Shown here: in pieces, positions 60,224 through 64,000 of the stretch
How positions within the stretch are numbered: position 1 is the stretch's first letter
Layout of the letters: every line of letters begins with the position of its first letter
Assembly: GCA_963727445.1 (NCBI GenBank)
Contig: CAVSGI010000021.1
Coordinates: 32,001-96,000 of the forward strand
Origin: an uncultured delta proteobacterium
GTDB lineage: Bacteria > Myxococcota_A > Polyangia > Polyangiales > B10-G4
Length of the DNA: 64,000 nucleotides
Direction of reading: 5' to 3'
The notes under the pieces: model-generated
What the model was told of the DNA's origin: nothing
The model's input: only the letters and a program-made list of their open reading frames with translations
Database searches by the model: none
Position numbers and translations under genes: made by a program

Positions 60224-61323
60224 TGGCCCGGCTCGACCGTCACGTTCCGGCCGTCCTCCTCTTCGAGGTCGTGCTGGCTCTCTCGGGGTGTGGGCGTGTC
60301 GACTTCGATCATCTCGACACCGGGTCGGGATATCGGCCCGACGCGGGCGACGCGGACGCCCGGCGCGACGGAGATGTCGACGCCGATGTGGGTCCTGATC
60401 CCGACGCCAGCCCGGCCGATGCGAGCGAGCCCGATGCGAGCGAGCCCGATGCGAGCGAGCCCGATGGAGCCATGATGGACGCGAGCGGGCCCGATACAGG
60501 CGCGATGGACGCGGGTGCCACCGACTCCGCCATGCCGGATAGCGGCTCGTCGGGTTGTGTCCCGGGCAGCGTGCCGTTCACGACGGATGACGTGTTCGTT
60601 CTTCCAGCGGGATGCACGACGTTCACCGTGCGCGCCGAGGGCGGCGGCGGCGCCGGGTCGGGCGGAAACTCCCGCACCAACGCGGTCGGCGCACCTGGTG
60701 GTGCCGGCGGCCTGGCGATCAAGTCCTTCGCCGGTCAGGTTCCCGGAACGTCATTCGACATCGTCATCGGTCGCGGTGGAACGTGCGAATCGAGGTCCTC
60801 GACGGCGGGCGGCTACCTCGGTGGCGGCGGCGGACGAGCGAGCGGCTCGGGCGACGGTCAGGACGGCGGCGGCACCGGACCGGGCGGCGTCGGAGCGCCG
60901 GCTTCGGGTACGGGCTCGCAGCCTGGCGGTGATGGAGGTCATGGCTACTGGGGCGGCGGCGGTGGTGGCGGTGGTGGCGACGTGATCGTTGGCAACAGCG
61001 CTGGCGGCGCGACGACCTTCAGGCTCGGGGCCGCCGATCTCGTGATAGCGGGTGGCGGGGGTGCCTCCGGCGCGGGCGATCAGGACGGTGACCGCGCCGG
61101 CGCCGGCGGGGCTGCGTGCGACGGTTACAACGGAGCGGACGGCGCGACCGGCGCGGGGTCGAGGTCGGGAGCTGGTGGCGGGGGTGGCGCCTGCTACTGC
61201 GAGGGCGGCTGCGACGTTACGCCCACGAGCGGCGGGGGCCTCGCCGGAATGGGAAGCAGCCGAAGCTCCTGCAGCGCGATCCACCAAGGCGCCGACGGTC
61301 GCGTCGTCGTGTCGTACCCCTGA
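60223..61323 (+). CDS. Glycine-rich lipoprotein
   Basis: TGATG overlap; LSGCGRVDFD; PDASE linker; GGGG-rich domain ending GADGRVVVSY. Confidence 0.8.
   Translation: MARLDRHVPAVLLFEVVLALSGCGRVDFDHLDTGSGYRPDAGDADARRDGDVDADVGPDPDASPADASEPDASEPDASEPDGAMMDASGPDTGAMDAGATDSAMPDSGSSGCVPGSVPFTTDDVFVLPAGCTTFTVRAEGGGGAGSGGNSRTNAVGAPGGAGGLAIKSFAGQVPGTSFDIVIGRGGTCESRSSTAGGYLGGGGGRASGSGDGQDGGGTGPGGVGAPASGTGSQPGGDGGHGYWGGGGGGGGGDVIVGNSAGGATTFRLGAADLVIAGGGGASGAGDQDGDRAGAGGAACDGYNGADGATGAGSRSGAGGGGGACYCEGGCDVTPTSGGGLAGMGSSRSSCSAIHQGADGRVVVSYP
60416..60466. repeat. 15-bp tandem repeat, about 3.4 copies
   Basis: ccgatgcgagcgagc x3 plus ccgatg; encodes DASEP. Confidence 0.9.
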
Positions 61324-61338
61324 GGGTAGGGGAACAGT

Positions 61339-62169
61339 TCAGCGATACTCGACGACGAGCCGGACCGCGTCGCTCGCGGCCCCGGTGCTCTCGTAGTCGG
61401 AGCCGTCGGTTCCGAGCGTGATGAGGACCAGGCCGTAGTTCGGCGCGCCGTCGACCCAGCTCTGGACGAGGGCAGTGACGTCGACGCTCACCGCACCCAG
61501 GGCGGTCACGTAGCTCGCGACGGCGCTGGGATCCATCGAAGGGCGTGTGTCCCACGTGACCGAGCCGGTCCACGCGGAGGTGACCGTGTGCACCTCGACG
61601 TCGGCGCCGATGTCGAAGCAGGTGAGCTCGAGGGTCGCCGACACGATCTCCGTTCCCGACGCGAGGCCCGGGTCGGCCGGTTGGATGTAGGTCTCGTACG
61701 CGATCGGATCGGTGTCGACCAGCAGGACGTCACCATCGGCGAAGGAGACCGTTGGCATCGAGTTGTCGACGTACGTGTCGACGAGGATCGGAACGACGGT
61801 CGTCGTCACGCCCACGTCCGCGGGTCCGGTGTCGAGCGGACCCGTGTCGGCCGGGCCCGTGTCGGCCGGACCCGTGTCGCCTGGACCGACGTCGCTTCCG
61901 CCGTCTTCGAGTCCACCGTCTTCGAGCCCACCGTCGCCCGGGCTCGCGTCCATCGCCGCGTCGGCGTCGGCGCTGGTGTCGGCAGCGGTGTCGGGGGCCG
62001 TTCCAGAGTCGACGGCCCTCGAGACGCAGGTGTTCGTCACCGTGTCGCAGCGGTAGCCCTCCACGCACGGACACGTCTTGCCCTCCAGGTCGAGCTCCCC
62101 GACCGAGCACGCGCACATCAGGAGAACCCCGACGAGGGCTGCAGAATCGCATGAGCACGGCGCCAGCAT
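61339..62169 (-). CDS. Lipoprotein with DNRLRE/CBM96-like C-terminal domain
   Basis: LMCAC; CPCVEGYRC; DTYVD..IVSATLEL..VTWDTRP..DVTALVQSWVDG.NYG; start uncertain. Confidence 0.8.
   Translation of the reverse strand: MLAPCSCDSAALVGVLLMCACSVGELDLEGKTCPCVEGYRCDTVTNTCVSRAVDSGTAPDTAADTSADADAAMDASPGDGGLEDGGLEDGGSDVGPGDTGPADTGPADTGPLDTGPADVGVTTTVVPILVDTYVDNSMPTVSFADGDVLLVDTDPIAYETYIQPADPGLASGTEIVSATLELTCFDIGADVEVHTVTSAWTGSVTWDTRPSMDPSAVASYVTALGAVSVDVTALVQSWVDGAPNYGLVLITLGTDGSDYESTGAASDAVRLVVEYR
61841..61879. repeat. 15-bp tandem repeat (DTGPA linker)
   Basis: cccgtgtcggccgg(g/a), about 2.6 copies. Confidence 0.8.
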
Positions 62170-62251
62170 AACACTGGCTCGCAACTGGGGCGGCTGCGAC
62201 CGTCGGCTGCACCCTCCTACATCCCCTTCGTGGCTGACGCGGCGGCTGCGC

Positions 62252-63034
62252 TCAGTCGAGTCCCGCGAGCTTCAGGTGGTAGGCAGCGGGGATCGTGTCG
62301 GTCACGTAGTAGGCGTCGACGGTCAGACCGACCTTGCGAGCAAGCGCCGCGGCGAAGGCCATTTTTGCCCCTGCGTTGGCCATCGTGATGCCGCCGGAGG
62401 GCGTGCCGAAACGGGCGCGCATCCCACGCAGGTACGCGCGAGCGGCGGCGTCGCTCCATCCGAGGGCCTTGCACGGATCGATGGAAGCGCCTTCGGGCGG
62501 CACGCGCATGTACATCGCGTTGATCGCGTCGGCGACCGACTGGCCTTCGAACTCGATGTGGCCCTGCGCGGCCAAACGCCGCGTGAATCTGCGCCCGCGC
62601 CCGAAGGTGACGCGGAGCTTCCGTTCGAACACATCAGCCGCGACTCGCTCATGAGGGTAGAAATGCTCGATGAACCGCGGGCGCGGCTCGCCGGTGTAGT
62701 AGTCGAAGCGACTGATGTACTCGTCGAGCATGCCGAGGACCTCGGCGTGGCGCGGCGAAATGCGCGCGGCGGTGCTCGGATCGCAGCCGAGCGTCTCAGC
62801 GAGCTCGTCGAGGGTCTGCACCGGCGGGCGGTCGTTGGCGAGACCCGGCGCTCGTATCGCAGGCACGTCAATCGCTTCCAACGCCTCTTCCGTCGTCCGG
62901 TCCGGCGCCGCTTCGCCCTCTTCCTCGTGCTCGTCCTCGGCGGGCTGCTCCGGCTCGGCCGGCCGGCTCGGTTCCGCGCTCGATGAGCAGGCGACGACCA
63001 CGACGCCGATGACGACGAGCTGTCTGAGGTTCAT
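62252..63034 (-). CDS. Hypothetical lipoprotein
   Basis: VVVVAC lipobox, acidic linker, 260 aa. Confidence 0.75.
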   Translation of the reverse strand: MNLRQLVVIGVVVVACSSSAEPSRPAEPEQPAEDEHEEEGEAAPDRTTEEALEAIDVPAIRAPGLANDRPPVQTLDELAETLGCDPSTAARISPRHAEVLGMLDEYISRFDYYTGEPRPRFIEHFYPHERVAADVFERKLRVTFGRGRRFTRRLAAQGHIEFEGQSVADAINAMYMRVPPEGASIDPCKALGWSDAAARAYLRGMRARFGTPSGGITMANAGAKMAFAAALARKVGLTVDAYYVTDTIPAAYHLKLAGLD

Positions 63035-63140
63035 GGCCCTGGTTCCATCGCCTCTTCGGCCTTCTGCTCTCCGAGCCGCTGATGCGTGTCGCTCATGGTC
63101 TCGAGGATAGCTCGCTCCAGAGCATTCGCGAGTTGCGCGC

Positions 63141-63702
63141 TCACATCCGGATGCCGATCGCGACCCCTACTGAGCCTCGACCGACCACTGGCGTCACCGC
63201 GACGTCGGGCGCAGCTGTCTCGGATGGGGCGTCGTCCATGTGGCGAAGGAGCTCGATCAACAGCAGCGTGAGGCCGGTGAGCTGCATGACCCCCGACGTG
63301 ATGAGCCACGCGTCCCAGAGATTGTCTCCGCCGTCCCTCGGCTCGAGCGCGAGCTGAATCCACGGGCCTGCGAGTGGAGCGCCGGCCGCCAGGCGGAAGT
63401 CGTCCCACCGTCCGTCCGCGCGACAGGGGGCCCCATCGGGCGTGGTGCGGAATCTCGGGTGGGCACAGGCCGGCGAAGGCGCTGGCAAACAGGTTCGCGC
63501 CCCACCCGGCGACCAGAAGACCCACACCGACGCCGACCTGCGTCCAGTTGCGCCGAGACTGGTCGCGGCGACCACGGCCGGAGGTCACGTGGACGGATCC
63601 GTCGTCGCCGATATCCATGGTGACGCCGTCATCCGCAGCGACTCGGGGCGGCGCACCGAGTGTAGTGACCGCGAGGAATACGAGGAGCAAACCCATTCTC
63701 AT
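63141..63702 (-). CDS. Hypothetical exported/membrane protein, frameshifted near 63460
   Basis: Signal peptide and TM in ORF 63031-63702, continuing as PLAGPWIQL..GVMQLTG..VTPVVG in the frame ending at 63141. Confidence 0.7.
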
Positions 63703-64000
63703 CGTGTCGGGCGCAAAGCAATGGTCGTGCCCGGCGAAAGTTCACTGCAACGAGGGATCCACGCGCCACGCCGCGTCTCCCGCTCGGCACACTGTGACTG
63801 GACGACCACGTGACGGGGACGCGCGAGAGCCGTCCCCAGCCCGTCGCTCAGGAAGGCGCGCCCCAGGGGCTCGCCGGGGGCGGACCCGCGGCAGGCTTCG
63901 AAATGGCGCCAGCTGAGGAGGCGATGGTCTCGATGCCATTCATGTCGTTGCTGACGACCACGTGGCTGCCGTCACGCATCTTCAGATCGACGCGCACGTC

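Noticed and set aside
58717..61323. Single 868-aa ORF
   Set aside because: Artefactual fusion: the propeller gene ends at TGA 60221-60223 in another frame and a new signal peptide starts at ATG 60223
60416..61879. Short tandem repeats as a possible CRISPR array
   Set aside because: No spacers, in-frame multiples of 3 encoding low-complexity linkers, no cas genes
63742..64000. Possible 3' part of a minus-strand gene at the right edge
   Set aside because: Frame ambiguous and no recognisable motif

Overview
High-GC, gene-dense bacterial DNA. MYXO-CTERM, Asp/Ala/Gly-linker lipoproteins, a Ser/Thr kinase-PEGA protein and a SAM-cyclase-AAA-TPR protein point to Myxococcota (Polyangia/Sandaracinaceae-like); this taxonomy is inferred. 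I find about 55 CDS or CDS remnants: many secreted lipoproteins (GH2, beta-helix, EEP, SGNH, two arylsulfate sulfotransferases, beta-propellers) and several small regulator-plus-target modules (ArsR-SRPBCC, SigG-like ECF sigma, TetR, LysR). No rRNA, tRNA, CRISPR array, transposase or integrase was seen. Many single-base frameshifts suggest an imperfectly polished long-read assembly. Best candidate for a new system: a translationally coupled pair encoding a cNMP-binding domain fused to a CPBP/Abi membrane protease (25929-27062) and a SAM-class III cyclase-AAA-TPR protein (27059-30410). Other highlights: a TAnnnT box 5-7 nt before many start codons (probable leaderless mRNAs), a ~170-nt rod-like intergenic structure, readable TetR and ArsR operators, a SigG-type promoter, and two neighbouring proteins that share a tandem helical repeat. 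All calls come from motif recognition by eye; no searches were run.
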